Positions 15,986 to 27,207 are shown, counted from the first letter of the stretch. The stretch: DNA of 32,320 bases from Coniocarpon cinnabarinum (GCA_051942205.1 JAVECO010000089.1:62001-94320), one strand, 5' to 3'. Numbers and translations: made by a program. Notes: generated by a model from the letters alone, not told the origin.

Positions 15986-17119
15986 ATGTATCGTCGCGAC
16001 GACCCCCGATTTCGCCGCCAGCTGACCCAGCTATCTCACAACTTTGAGAACGCGAATGAGGCGGCACAAGAGCGACTTTATTCACTGTCGGAGCACTGTC
16101 TCAAACCGTGTTTCTTCTCTGTCGGTAATTGCATAATCAATAGCACATCGACATGTTTTCCACGGCAAGAAGACAGGACAAGGAGGCCAAGACAAAGGCC
16201 ACGAGGCAGACCAGAGGCAAGCTTCGACTTCTACGATGACTGGGAGCAGGACGAGAACGACGCGTTACTGGGCTGGGATGATGAAGAACTTGAGGGTTTG
16301 CTGAGTCCAGACGATGAACTGGAGCCTGCACGAAGAGGCGCAATGAGCTATGGCACGAGGAACGATAATCGAGCAAGACCACGGAGACTCGGCATGCCCT
16401 ACGATCAAGCTGATAGAACGTACATCCCGAAGACCTCTTACTTCGGCTTCTTAGAACGCCTTCCCTTCCGAAAGGGGCGTGGTGTCAAGTATCGCCCCTC
16501 CGCAGCCGACTTGAAAGTACGTGCGCCTGGATTTTCTAAGGCAGATGACGAGAGCTCTGGACATTCAGATGGCGAGGCAGGGACACAGCGTAGGCATGGC
16601 AGGAAGCGAAGCGCCACCCAAGGCTCGCAGCGGTCTGCAGATTCTTACAGCTCGCGTGGTGATATTTTCCCAAGTGACGAAGAGGACGATGCAGTGCCCA
16701 TTGATGACGAGTTTGCAATGGCTCTCGAACCCCAGAGCGCCGCCTCAAGTAGAGGCGACAATAACAGCGACAAAACGCAATCAAAACGGCGAGGCTCAAG
16801 GTCAAAGATCAGTCGAACAACGTCATCAAAAAGCAGCACTGCGAATATGCTTCCACCGCAATCTCATAGTGCTGAGGCGTCTGTCACAGCAATTGATGTC
16901 CATGCGTCTAGCATTGCTGAATTGCACCATGAGGAGCGCGACGTCCAATTGCAGGAGGATCGGGAAATTGCTGCGAAAAGAGAAGCCGCTAGTAAATTGG
17001 CGAGAGAGCGAGGCCTCTCTGTGTCCACGACTGAGCAACAGTCGCAGTCCAACGAACTGCATACAACACGCGGCACCAGTGATGCATCCGGACTCTTCCC
17101 TGGTAATCAACCCCCTTGA
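15986..17119 (+). CDS. Fungal hypothetical protein, 377 aa, intronless, mostly disordered and acidic
   Basis: Long ORF with first ATG at 15986. Predicted helical N-terminus, a Cys cluster, acidic motifs FDFYDDWE and EEDDAVPIDDEF, and a coiled-coil-like segment near the C-terminus. Confidence 0.8.
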   Translation: MYRRDDPRFRRQLTQLSHNFENANEAAQERLYSLSEHCLKPCFFSVGNCIINSTSTCFPRQEDRTRRPRQRPRGRPEASFDFYDDWEQDENDALLGWDDEELEGLLSPDDELEPARRGAMSYGTRNDNRARPRRLGMPYDQADRTYIPKTSYFGFLERLPFRKGRGVKYRPSAADLKVRAPGFSKADDESSGHSDGEAGTQRRHGRKRSATQGSQRSADSYSSRGDIFPSDEEDDAVPIDDEFAMALEPQSAASSRGDNNSDKTQSKRRGSRSKISRTTSSKSSTANMLPPQSHSAEASVTAIDVHASSIAELHHEERDVQLQEDREIAAKREAASKLARERGLSVSTTEQQSQSNELHTTRGTSDASGLFPGNQPP

Positions 17120-17256
17120 AGATGACCCTGTTTCATTACGAACACTCTTTCAATGACACTTGTTGATCTATCCTCTGAAACGGCTCTCTGTGGTTCCAGA
17201 TAGGAGACATATTCCACGATCAGGCGTAGATGACAGCTTGCGCCTTAATGCGATCG

Positions 17257-18411
17257 CTATGCTGTCCTGCGAAGCTCTGCTGTCTGTTCATCTTGGTCGG
17301 GGAGACGCAGAAAGCCCTCGCGTTGAATGCGTTGCAACCATTTATTCGCCTCATACCTGGCAGTTATGATAGTCATTCTCAACACGGTTGTGGCTGAGTG
17401 CTCTTCTAGAGAACCAACCAGTGTGGTTGTCCATCTTCCAAACGCCCAATTGAGAATGAATCGGCGTAGTCCTTCGTGCTCCGCGTCTGTAGGAGACGGT
17501 TGTGTGCCATCAGATGATGGCAAGGGACTACGAGCAAGAAAGACAGCTTTAATGCGATATACCTCGTCCTTCGCTGCCAGTTTGAGCATTCTCATCAGAG
17601 CCGCCACGTCAATGCCTTTGCTACTGGTCCCGCTATTCAGGCTAGCGGAAATCACTTCAACCTCGCTTTGATGATCATGAGCAGGCTCATTAGGACTCAC
17701 ATAGGTATTGAGCTGTCTAGCAAGCGCTCCATCGACGCCGAATATCGTTTCTCTATCCAGCCTCCCTGCCTGACTTTTCACGATGGGTGTCGGGGTATCC
17801 AGCTCAAGGTCACCGATACGATCCATCACGTCGTCGAGTCTCCTCTCGCTCACGCCCTCCCATTTGTTGAGGACGATGAGATCTGTATAGCGAGCTTGCA
17901 TCTTGGCTGTGACGGACGTGTCTTCGTAACCTAGCCAGTTCTCAACATCAATTACACTGACGACCCCATCAAGCAGAAAGTCGCCATGCTCCTGCGCAAG
18001 ACGATTGACCTCCATTGCAAGAGTTGCTGGGAACGCGCTGCCTGAAGTCTCGATGATGATGCGATCTGGCCGCTGCGCACCGCCGGCACCACGCGCGTCA
18101 AGACCGTTATTGTCCGTTGGGACTTCGGAAGGGTCGATGCCATTCCTGAGAGCCTTCAAGGCGTCACCCAACCGTCCCACAAGATTACAGCATATGCAGC
18201 CGTTGAGTAGCTCTCGAACGCCGGCTATGGAAGAATTTGAGGCGAGCTGAGAATCTATCGCAACATCGCCAAACTCGTTCTTGAGCAAAGCAACCTTGTA
18301 GCCCGGAGGCAGCTGAGGGAGTAAGTTGAGAATCAAGGTCGTTTTTCCCGAACCCAGAAATCCAGTCAATACGGTGATGGGCGTTGGCTGGCGAACTTCG
18401 TCGGACATCAT
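17257..18411 (-). CDS. CobW/COG0523 G3E-family GTPase (putative metallochaperone), about 384 aa, intronless
   Basis: Motifs TGFLGSGKTT (G1), KNEFG, metal-binding GCICC, IIIETSG (G3) and NKWE (G4 position). CobW-C-like VYRIKA. Start is ATG 18411 or 18408. Confidence 0.92.
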   Translation of the reverse strand: MMSDEVRQPTPITVLTGFLGSGKTTLILNLLPQLPPGYKVALLKNEFGDVAIDSQLASNSSIAGVRELLNGCICCNLVGRLGDALKALRNGIDPSEVPTDNNGLDARGAGGAQRPDRIIIETSGSAFPATLAMEVNRLAQEHGDFLLDGVVSVIDVENWLGYEDTSVTAKMQARYTDLIVLNKWEGVSERRLDDVMDRIGDLELDTPTPIVKSQAGRLDRETIFGVDGALARQLNTYVSPNEPAHDHQSEVEVISASLNSGTSSKGIDVAALMRMLKLAAKDEVYRIKAVFLARSPLPSSDGTQPSPTDAEHEGLRRFILNWAFGRWTTTLVGSLEEHSATTVLRMTIITARYEANKWLQRIQREGFLRLPDQDEQTAELRRTA

Positions 18412-18932
18412 CTCGAAGTATCCCGTCTGATGGGTCTGGAGAATCACGTGTACCTGATCTCAAAGCTAGTACAAACACGCACAAGCAAGCGCGGACAACT
18501 AAGGAAGCACATGCATGTTGAGCGCACCGGGTTGCTCCGTGGCTTTCGACCTCACGTCATAGGTGGGGCGGCCGCAAAGAGAAAAACATCAACAAACGCG
18601 AGGGCGGCGCGCTGCATCGCCTTGCATCTGCAACAAGGACGCAAGCGCTTACTAGTGGAGATGATGGAGACATAGTATACCGTGATGCCGATGTGCAGGA
18701 GAAGTACAGTAATGCGATGTGGAACGGCAGGAGACCAGGAGCTTTGCCAACTTCCATACCTGCCAAGACCAACTGAATCCTGCTTTCGTGCCCCGCTTCC
18801 TCGACTTCCTCTCATTTCTCAACCCGCGTCCACTTGTCTTTCCTGCTTCATCAACGTATTGCTCGCAGAGTCTCCAAATCTAGCGGACCATCGCAGCTCA
18901 CGACTTCTCAATTTGAACTACACGTGACCATC

Positions 18933-19445
18933 ATGGACTCCCTTAAGGACGCATTCAGTGGTGGGTCCTCAGAGGGCAAAGAAAACGAAGAGCGCAAGTC
19001 AGAGGGGGGCGGATTCATGGACAAGCTTAACCAGAAAGCTGGTGGTGGCAAGGAGTCTGAAAAAGATGAAGACGCTCTTGACAAAGGTATTCCCAGGAAT
19101 GTTCTCTTTCTGTTATAGCACTATTCGTACTTGGAGCATTGTAGTGGGCTTTTCGCTAACAAAACGTCCTCAACAGGTGTTGATATGGTACAGCAAGCTA
19201 TGGGTGGCGGGGATCAGAGGTGAGTTTCATTTAGACGAGGATTGTCCACAACAATACTGAAGGCTTTTGAAGCAACGAGTCTGCTGTGGAGCAAGCAAAG
19301 GATGAGCAGATCTCGGACTTCATTCGTGACAAGTAAGCAACGTGGCTCAATCGCTGCATATGTAAGCTCTAATTAAGACAGGTACAAGAGCACGACTGGG
19401 TCCGAGATCCCCATCGAGGACAAAAAGAAATCATACGAGAGCTGA
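18933..19445 (+). CDS. Small hydrophilic protein, 106 aa, resembling a fungal family often labelled DDR48-like. Exons 18933..19086, 19177..19219, 19273..19332, 19382..19445
   Basis: Three GT-AG introns give MDSLKDAFSGG...EDALDKGVDMVQQAMGGGDQSNESAVEQAKDEQISDFIRDKYKSTTGSEIPIEDKKKSYES. I recognise NESAVEQAKDEQISDFIR as a conserved fungal motif. Confidence 0.85.
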
Positions 19446-19989
19446 ACAGGGCGAGCATCGATTGCTTTGGCGCTCTGATTCAGGTTAGATCCGGAGATTT
19501 CGAAGCGCGAGGCTCAAGCGAATCACTTTGAAGAGCCAGACCGGTCACGCCGGTCTTTGAATGCCAAACATCAATGCTCTTACGCCTTCTTCACCGCCTC
19601 ACCTGTAAGCGAGTAGAGCAGGACGCACACTATTATACAAAATGCCTCCGAAACTGAAGTGCGTCGGGATAAGTCTGTTGTTTCCTCTATCGTCTCTTTG
19701 TGAGCTTGCTTCAGACCAGGCCTAACAGTGCTCTGTTTGATTTCTGAATCAATTCAAAGACTCTGTCCCTGGCAGCGTTTTCGCCTATTGCGAGGTGAAG
19801 ATCTGTGCATCGCTATCATTATCATGTGATAAGAGTCAACTTTGCTATCACTTTGTCAGACGAGCTCTTTCTCTTCTCTTGCAAACTTGACAACCAAACA
19901 GGATTCAACAACTCCAAGAGTTGCTAGCGTTCAACAACTTTCGCTTAACCAGCTTACTCACATTTTCGGTCAAAGATCCTACCGCGGAC

Positions 19990-20452
19990 ATGGACTCTAT
20001 GACAGTCGACAACTTTCAGGCGGCTTTGGCTACCGCTGCACAATATGCTAGAGATCACCCTGCTCAAGTCACCGGCATTGCTATCCAAACGGGAGCGATC
20101 GTCATCTTGGGACCTGGCGCTGCAGCTTTGCCACTGAAAGTGATTGGATTCAGCGGTAGTGGTCCGGTGTTGGGCGAGTTGAACTGCGATTTCAATATGG
20201 CGCCCTATGTTTGTTGTGGCTAATGCATTTTATGTAGGCTCACTGGCCGCGTGGTGGCAGTCGACTGCATACGGTGCTTACATCCCCGTGGGCTCGATCT
20301 TCTCCCTCTGCCAAGCCATCGGCATGAAGGCAACATGGTTGTCAGCGGTCGGAGGGTCGATTGGCGGAGTCATTGCTGGGGTTGGAACGCTGTGGAATGG
20401 CAGTGGAAACACAGCTGGAGTCCAGAGCGGTACGGGTGCTGTCCCGCAGTGA
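19990..20452 (+). CDS. Small Gly/Ala-rich hydrophobic protein, 132 aa, IFI27/ISG12 (Ifi-6-16)-like. Exons 19990..20173, 20238..20452
   Basis: The spliced product contains IGFSGSGPVLGSLAAWWQSTAYGAYIPVGSIFSLCQAIGM. Intron 20174..20237 has a GCGAGT donor, GCTAAT branch and TAG acceptor. Confidence 0.72.
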
Positions 20453-21178
20453 GAAATGTCAAAAGCATGCATACTGGCCCATTCTCTTTCCGGGCAGTAT
20501 GCCAAGTGCACAGCTTTCCGCCCGCAGACAAATTTTTCAAATAATTCAGGCGGACGCCTCTCGCACCATGCAAAGCGCTCATTGCATCTCTATTCTTGAT
20601 CTTCATTTCTTTTCCAGCTCGTCCCAGTTATGCGTGAAGACATTGTTCACGCAAGGTGCACGCTATTGTTCCCCAGACAGAACTAAGCTAACATTGGAGC
20701 ACTCTGCCTAAGAAGCCCGGCTAGGAGCAGAAGGACCAAAGACAGAGCGCGCAGGCCGTGAGGCATACGGCCAAGAAAGGACCAAGCAGGACAGGTTGGC
20801 ATGTCTCACTTGGACTTGTTTCAGAATGGCAAGATGCTTGCCCAAAGGGGGAAAAAGGCGTGCATACTGCTCGTCCCCAGACACGCCCAGACATCATGTC
20901 CGCAAGGACCGGCTGGAGGCACTGATCTTCACCCGCCCTCCCACGTTTCCGTCTAAGAATAATCGTTGGTGCCAGCACTCATGCCGTTTTTGCATGCGGC
21001 GCACCCTGTCTGGGGAATCATGTTCAACGTGGTCACTACGTCCCACGCGGCTGGGCCGACCACGTACTTTGCCAATGTTGGAATCCTTTAAGATGGATAT
21101 CCTGACGACCTCGATGACTCTGTGAGCCTGCACCATAGCGTATCATGTAGGCTTGCTGATTGCAATTGCCCACTGACC

Positions 21179-23945
21179 ATGACAACCCAGGAGTCTGATG
21201 CGTCTGCTGCGAAGGCAGATCCTCAACCCCAAGTGCCTCCTCGAAGCCCACGCCGACCCAGTAATGCAGCTCTCCGCGAACAATTTGCCCTCTCATCACA
21301 AACATCAAATACTTTCGCCGTAACACCAAATGTTGATGGCATCGGTCTCGCCGTCTCGAATCCTCCAGATGGAGGCTGGTCAGCTCAGCTTCAGCGGTCA
21401 CAGAGTTACCCGAATCCTCCGCGAGCTCCAGTGAGCAGACAGAGTTCCTCGAATACAACGAGCCAACTCTCTAGAGGCTCTCCGGACTCCGACAGAACCC
21501 TACATGATGATGTCAAGCAACCAGGAGAGCCTTTGCAGCGCGACAGCCTGGCAAGAAGCCACTCAGACCCAAGTCAAAGGACCACACCAAATGCGCCTGT
21601 GAGATTCCACAACCCCTTCCCAAACCAAGCGGTGCATCGCGTGCAAGGCGATACCAATGAGCAGCATCCAAGGAGTAAAGGACATGCAAAGATGGTTAAG
21701 CCGACCGCTCAAGACAGAACTCATGAACGAGATGTTCAGCGTGCCAACCATCCAGTTCCGAAATTTTTCGAAAAGTCGAACGAAAAGGAAAATCCGTACG
21801 ATAACGAGGCGTTTCCAAACTTACATGATCACTTGCACGACAAAGTGAAGAAAGAAAAACAACACAATGAGAATGATGGCCATCCGCCGACGCAAGACCA
21901 GAAACGCAATGACGATAACGAGAAAGCAGACCATCATCAGGGTGGAGCATTGCCAACTTTCCATGAGAAAGAGCATGACCGAGACCTCGAGAAGGGTGAG
22001 CATCCGACGAGCCCTGGACACCACCACCTGCAAGAAAAGAAACACGAGAAAGAACGCAAGAGGCGCAACCAGCATGAACGCTTGAAGCAGGGGTATCCCG
22101 GACCAGGCCAGCATTTCGTACACCACGGTCGCAAAGAAAAGAGAAGAGAGACCCTGGTTGACGAAGTGCCTGTCCAGGAGCGTATACCCAATAGGTTTCT
22201 CTTTCGCCGTCCCCGCGCCCTCCAAGTGGAGCACCATGGCCACGTCCTTGATGTGGGTGACGAGGGCGTCGTTGATATGGAACATCCTGAATCCCATTAC
22301 TCCAGCGTTGCACCTCTTAACAACGAAGCCTCGGCTATGGAACAGCATCACCGACACGAAAGCTTGAAGAAGCACCGAGGTCAGTTGTCACGATCTTTAA
22401 GGGGACAGTGTAATGACTAACCATCAACAGAACGATTGGATCTTTTCATTGACCTTGTATTTGTTGGCACTATCTCAAGCATTGCGGAACATTTCTTCCA
22501 AGAGGCTTTTGTGGACGAAGTCGGGCAGGGCGCGTCTTTTGGTCACTTCATTCTGCTGTATCTTCCTGCGTGGCGGATTTGGGCGACCCTCCAAAACTTC
22601 CTCAATTCCTACTTCATGGACGATCTGGCGCAACGATTGCTCGTAGTTTGGGTACTGATTCTTGCCATGGTGTGGGGCAACAACGCGCCGACCTTCATCA
22701 ACAATCTGGACTCCGGTAACAATGGCAGCCAGTTCCTCATCTTGGCCTACATCTTAGCGATTGGGGCCATGGCCGTAGTTGAGGCGTTCTATAGCATCTG
22801 GATTCCCTGGTAAGCCTTTTCGTTCCAACACTAGAGTTGACGCTTTTACTAATTTTGACCGCAGGCTGCGTCGCATGTTTGTTGCTGTAATTATCGTGGG
22901 AGTACCTTCGCTGACACTCTGGATCTGCGCGGCCGTCGTTGGGGGTCCGAATAAGAAGCTCTGGTTTCTTTCAGCCGCCATAGTCTACGATTCTTTCCAA
23001 AACGTTTTCGCAATGTCTCCCATCACCGACAAACTTGCATCAGGCGGAGATTTACGGAAGTCGAACGATGTAGCTCACACGAGTTCTCGATACGAAAACT
23101 TCTTCATCATTGCTCTCGGCGAGGGAGTGTTCCTCCTCATCAGAGGCAGCCCCCTAGGAGAAGGAATCAATGAACACCTGGGTCGTGGCATACAGGCACT
23201 TCTAATTTACTTTTATCTAGCCTTCACTTATTTCCACGGCGATCAATCGAAGACATATGTTCACGCCTTATACCGCCGTTGGTGGATCAAATACATTTGG
23301 TACACGTAAGTGTCTCTTGTGCCTGCGAAATGAGTCAACTCTCGCTGACGCACAACAGAATACACGTGCCACTCTATGCCGCTTTAATTATGCTGAGCAG
23401 TGGCATCTTGTACCTCGTTCAATTTGAAAAGCAGCCGGCTGAAGAACATCCTGTGGAAGAGGCTCACAAAAGGCTCATGGCTAGAGCTGGCAGCAGTCAT
23501 GAACCACATTATGATGACCATGTGGTAAGTACTTCCTGTAGTCGGAAAGAACTCGAGTGTCTCTTGCTGACTGGTGGCGCCCCGATAGCTTCATGTGGCG
23601 ACATTGACTGTTTGCCTCGATCTCGCAGTCATCCTCTTCTGTCAACTTGTCATTGGCTTACTGAATCGTTCCCTGGATTCCAAGCATGAACTTTTGATTG
23701 GTAACAAGTACGTTCGCATGGCCCCCCGAGTCATGAGCATCATCACGCTCTGTTGCATTTGGGTCCACGAGTACCACAGTCCCACGGAAGTCCTGGGCAT
23801 CATCCTGGTTATTATCTTTATTGTCTCCATCTGGGAATTCGCTGGGGGCTTCGAGAGGCATGCCAAGATCTTTGAGCCTGTCCACGAGTGGGGTCTCTCG
23901 AAAAAGGTAAAGGGAAGACGACGACGCAGGCACCACAAGCACTAA
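21179..23945 (+). CDS. LtrA (low temperature requirement A)-family polytopic membrane protein, about 847 aa. Exons 21179..22379, 22431..22809, 22865..23305, 23359..23524, 23589..23945
   Basis: ERLDLFIDLVFVG, YFMDDLAQRL and RYENFFIIALGE match LtrA motifs. Many hydrophobic helices and four canonical introns. The start codon is uncertain. Confidence 0.85.
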
Positions 23946-24844
23946 AACAGATGCTTCACGCGTGTTTCATGGAGTTACATGGGGCACGGTAAATTCTCGA
24001 AGAGGGGCACTTGATGCAATGTACGACTCACGAACAGGCAGACACTGGACACGGCGTTTCCTCATAAATTACATGTATCTACAAAAAGCGTTATTGTCAC
24101 AAGTCTCCGAACGAAACAAGTGGACGGAGGTCACAGGGCTGGTGTGGCGATTTGGATGACTGATGTTTCCACGTTAGGAAATCCGGACCCTCTCTCGGAA
24201 GCGCTGGGGGTTTCGCGCCTAGGACAAACAGACCTGAGCCGCGTGTTACGGAACCGAATCAGCAGCATGTGTGGCACGGCGAGGCGTAGGTATGTACCGC
24301 TTTCCAGCCTGGTTCCGCACACGCGCATCCTCAACGTTATCCGGTGTGCCAAGCCCTTGCCGCTGGAGGTGGCCTCGCTGCCTAGAAGGCTTGCGCCGTC
24401 TATTACTCTCCCTGTGTCTCACTGAAATCACAATCAGAGAGAGAAGATATAGACAAAGGAGTGTGAGAAGTCTTCAGTCCGGAGACGCCAAATTTAGCAC
24501 ATAGACCACAGCCTGAAACAACCATCTGCCGCGTTCGCCCCGTCCTTTCGTATCACTCCGCGTTAGTTCACAGCGGGATCTGCGGCATCTGAACTACGCC
24601 GTCGGTGGATCCGGGAGCCCTGGCGTGCCTCGATGACCACCGTGTCAACAAATGAGGCAGCCCGGCTTTCGAAATGTGGCCTAGTCCAGGGTCTTTCGAC
24701 GAAATGCGCCTCGTAGGCCCCGCGATGAGGCGTTTGTGCTGTGAGCCGCTGCCGCCGTCGCGCGGGATGCAGCAGGTACCTCGTGTCTGCCATGCATCTT
24801 TACACGCGGTGTTCGAGCTGTCCTTGGTATGTATCCTTGTCCAT

Positions 24845-24865
24845 CTTGACGCTTGACGCTTGACG
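24845..24865 (+). repeat. (CTTGACG)x3 tandem repeat
   Basis: Read directly from the sequence, about 80 nt upstream of the PTH11-like ATG. Confidence 0.85.
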
Positions 24866-24945
24866 CAGCACCTGTGAGGGTCGTTTGATCGAGGTGCTCT
24901 TGCGCGAGACTGCCAACGCTGTTGTCTGTCTATCAACTTTCAAAG

Positions 24946-26490
24946 ATGGCGGACATACAGCCCAGCAGCCAAACGGCGTCGGACGCCATGCGGCCGTTGG
25001 TGGTTGTTTGTATCGTCTACCTTGTTTTGGATAGTTTCTTCGTGGCGTTGAGGTTTGGCTCGCGGTTCTTCATCAGACGTTCAGAGATTGGCTGGGACGT
25101 GAGTAGAGCCTACCATGGTTGTCAGCAGAGGAATACGTCGAAGCTCATGTGAGGCTGTTAGGATTTGTTCATTGCACCAGCTTATGGATGCAATCTGGCG
25201 GCTTGCATATGCAGTCTGCGTAAGTGACGATGATTTCGACAACGGAACCCACAGGAAAGATACGTCTAACACCGCCCAGGCATCGCCCACTACGAGTCCA
25301 TCGGAGACAGACCAGCAAACCTGCCGATCATGCAGCCCGATCAATTACACTCGCAGCTGGAACCAACCATGAAGCTCGTCTTTGCTACGATAATTCTCTT
25401 GATCCTGGGGTTCACCTTACCGAGAATATCCATACTCACCTTGTATCTTCGTATCTTCGCTGGGAGACGGACCCGTATTCTTACGTACTCGATTATAGCG
25501 GTGGTCACCGCCATGGGCATAGCATTTATGCTGATAGCTATCGTCTTCTGCAAGCCCACCCGCTTCTTCTGGGATCGAACAGTCCCGGGAGGAACCTGCA
25601 TGGACTTCAATCTCTACTACCGCAGCTTCGCCTTGCCAAATATTTTGGTTGATCTCGTGATGTTGATCACGCCCTTGCCAGCCATTTGGAGCTTGGAAGC
25701 CAGCGTGGCGCGACGAATTGGTGTCTCGGCCATATTCTTGACAGGCATCCTCGCCTTGGTGTCCAGCTGCGTACGATGGGCGGTCTACTCTCGGATTGAC
25801 GCATCCCGGGTGGTTCCTCGTATGTTGCCAAGCAACTTTGTCAGCAGCAAGCTAACTAACCTACGACTAGGTGACAGCGCGCCACTCCTGTTCATGAACA
25901 TAATTGAGTGCAGTACCTACCTTATTGCTGCCTGTTTGCCGGCGTCTTATCCAGCATTTGAGGCTCTCATCCCTCGAAGGATCCGGATGCGATTCCATCT
26001 CGAGCCATCTTCGATTCCGATGAAATACCCTCAAAAACCTCGGCGAAATGTAGTGTCACCAGCTTTGCGGAGAATGGCACCTGACGGGCACACAGAGCTT
26101 GTCAACGAGACCGGCTTTTCCAGACTCGTCGAACCCCCCACCCGCGTGCTCTCGCCGACTCGCTTGCGGCCTGAGAGTCGAGGTCTGAAGGAACAGCACG
26201 GGCTGTCAAGAGATGTCAGTACTCCAAAGGAGAGCATTCAAGGCACGCGTGTGGTAGAAGTGGAGGACAACAAAGTCCACAGCATGAACGCGTATCATGG
26301 GAGAAGCGAGAGTCGAGCAGAAACTGTGCGGAAAGATGGGGACGACGAGGTCGCGCTGGCGGAACTGAGGCGGCTGGCAAGCCAACACAGGGTGCAAATG
26401 CCGTCGCGAACATTTGAGGACGGACTGATCGCGGTGCATACGGAGATCGATGTGACTGAGGAAGAGGAGGAACGGAAGCGGTCCATGTAG
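24946..26490 (+). CDS. PTH11-like (fungal rhodopsin-domain) 7TM protein without CFEM, 456 aa. Exons 24946..25098, 25162..25219, 25280..25819, 25871..26490
   Basis: Family hallmarks FVALRFGSR, IGWDDLFI, RISILTLYLRIF, CKPTRFFWD...GTC, NILVDLVMLITPLPAIWSL and IE...IAACLP. Three GT-AG introns. Confidence 0.9.
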
Positions 26491-26836
26491 TTTTGACGAG
26501 GCTTCTCAGAGGTTGGCAGCCTGGATGGCGACCATGGTGGCTTTGCTTGAGCGAACTCGCGAAGAGGTTGGCTTCGACACAAAAAGCGAGGGGGCATGCG
26601 TGCCTAACGTCCGGATAGAATTAACGATAGATCAATCCACGCGACCAGTGGAAGCACTGCTTCTTCAAAGGACTGCGTCGATTTCTGATGTGTCCATCGT
26701 TGCATGCGTTTCGATTGCTTAGACCACTGTGCAGCAGGGACATGAATGAAGCAGTGAACCACGCGAGGAGAAGAAGAAGAAGGGCAGGTGTCGAACGTGC
26801 CAGTGCAGAGTCGAGGCGAGGAGCGACAGAGGAAAA

Positions 26837-26863
26837 GTCACGTGAGAGAGAATGTCACGTGAC
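26837..26863. promoter_or_regulatory. Tandem GTCACGTGA E-boxes upstream of the ArfGAP gene
   Basis: Two copies 17 nt apart (26838..26845, 26855..26862). Confidence 0.55.
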
Positions 26864-27207
26864 TATACTACGCCGTGGGTGGGCCATTGGGCGCGTGGAG
26901 TCTTCAAGTCTTGCCGTCTCCCTGCGTGATCTTCCCCTCGATCCCTCCACCATGCGACTGATGCGACTGACGCGAATTCACTCACTCCGTCAAGCGCAAT
27001 GCCTCCTCCTCCTCTTTCGCCTGATCTCGTCAAGCATGGCTGATTCTGCATCTCCTCGACCTCGATGTCGCCCCATCGTTCTGCTTTGAGGTTGCGCCCT
27101 CATCTCCATATCTAGCAGCTCATCAGACATCTACTCCCACTGCCAATTCTCCACACCCGCTACTGCTCCACTGCCGGCTGTGGCCGCGCTCTTCCTGCTG
27201 CTCTACC

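Noticed and set aside
18412..18932. ZafA-type CARGGT zinc-response motif upstream of the CobW gene
   Set aside because: Not found in the intergenic region; matches occur only inside the CDS.
21122..21190. Intron-like GTGAGC...CTGAC...CAG spanning the LtrA start codon
   Set aside because: I could not link it to an upstream in-frame ATG, and ATG 21179 has a good context. It remains unresolved without cDNA.
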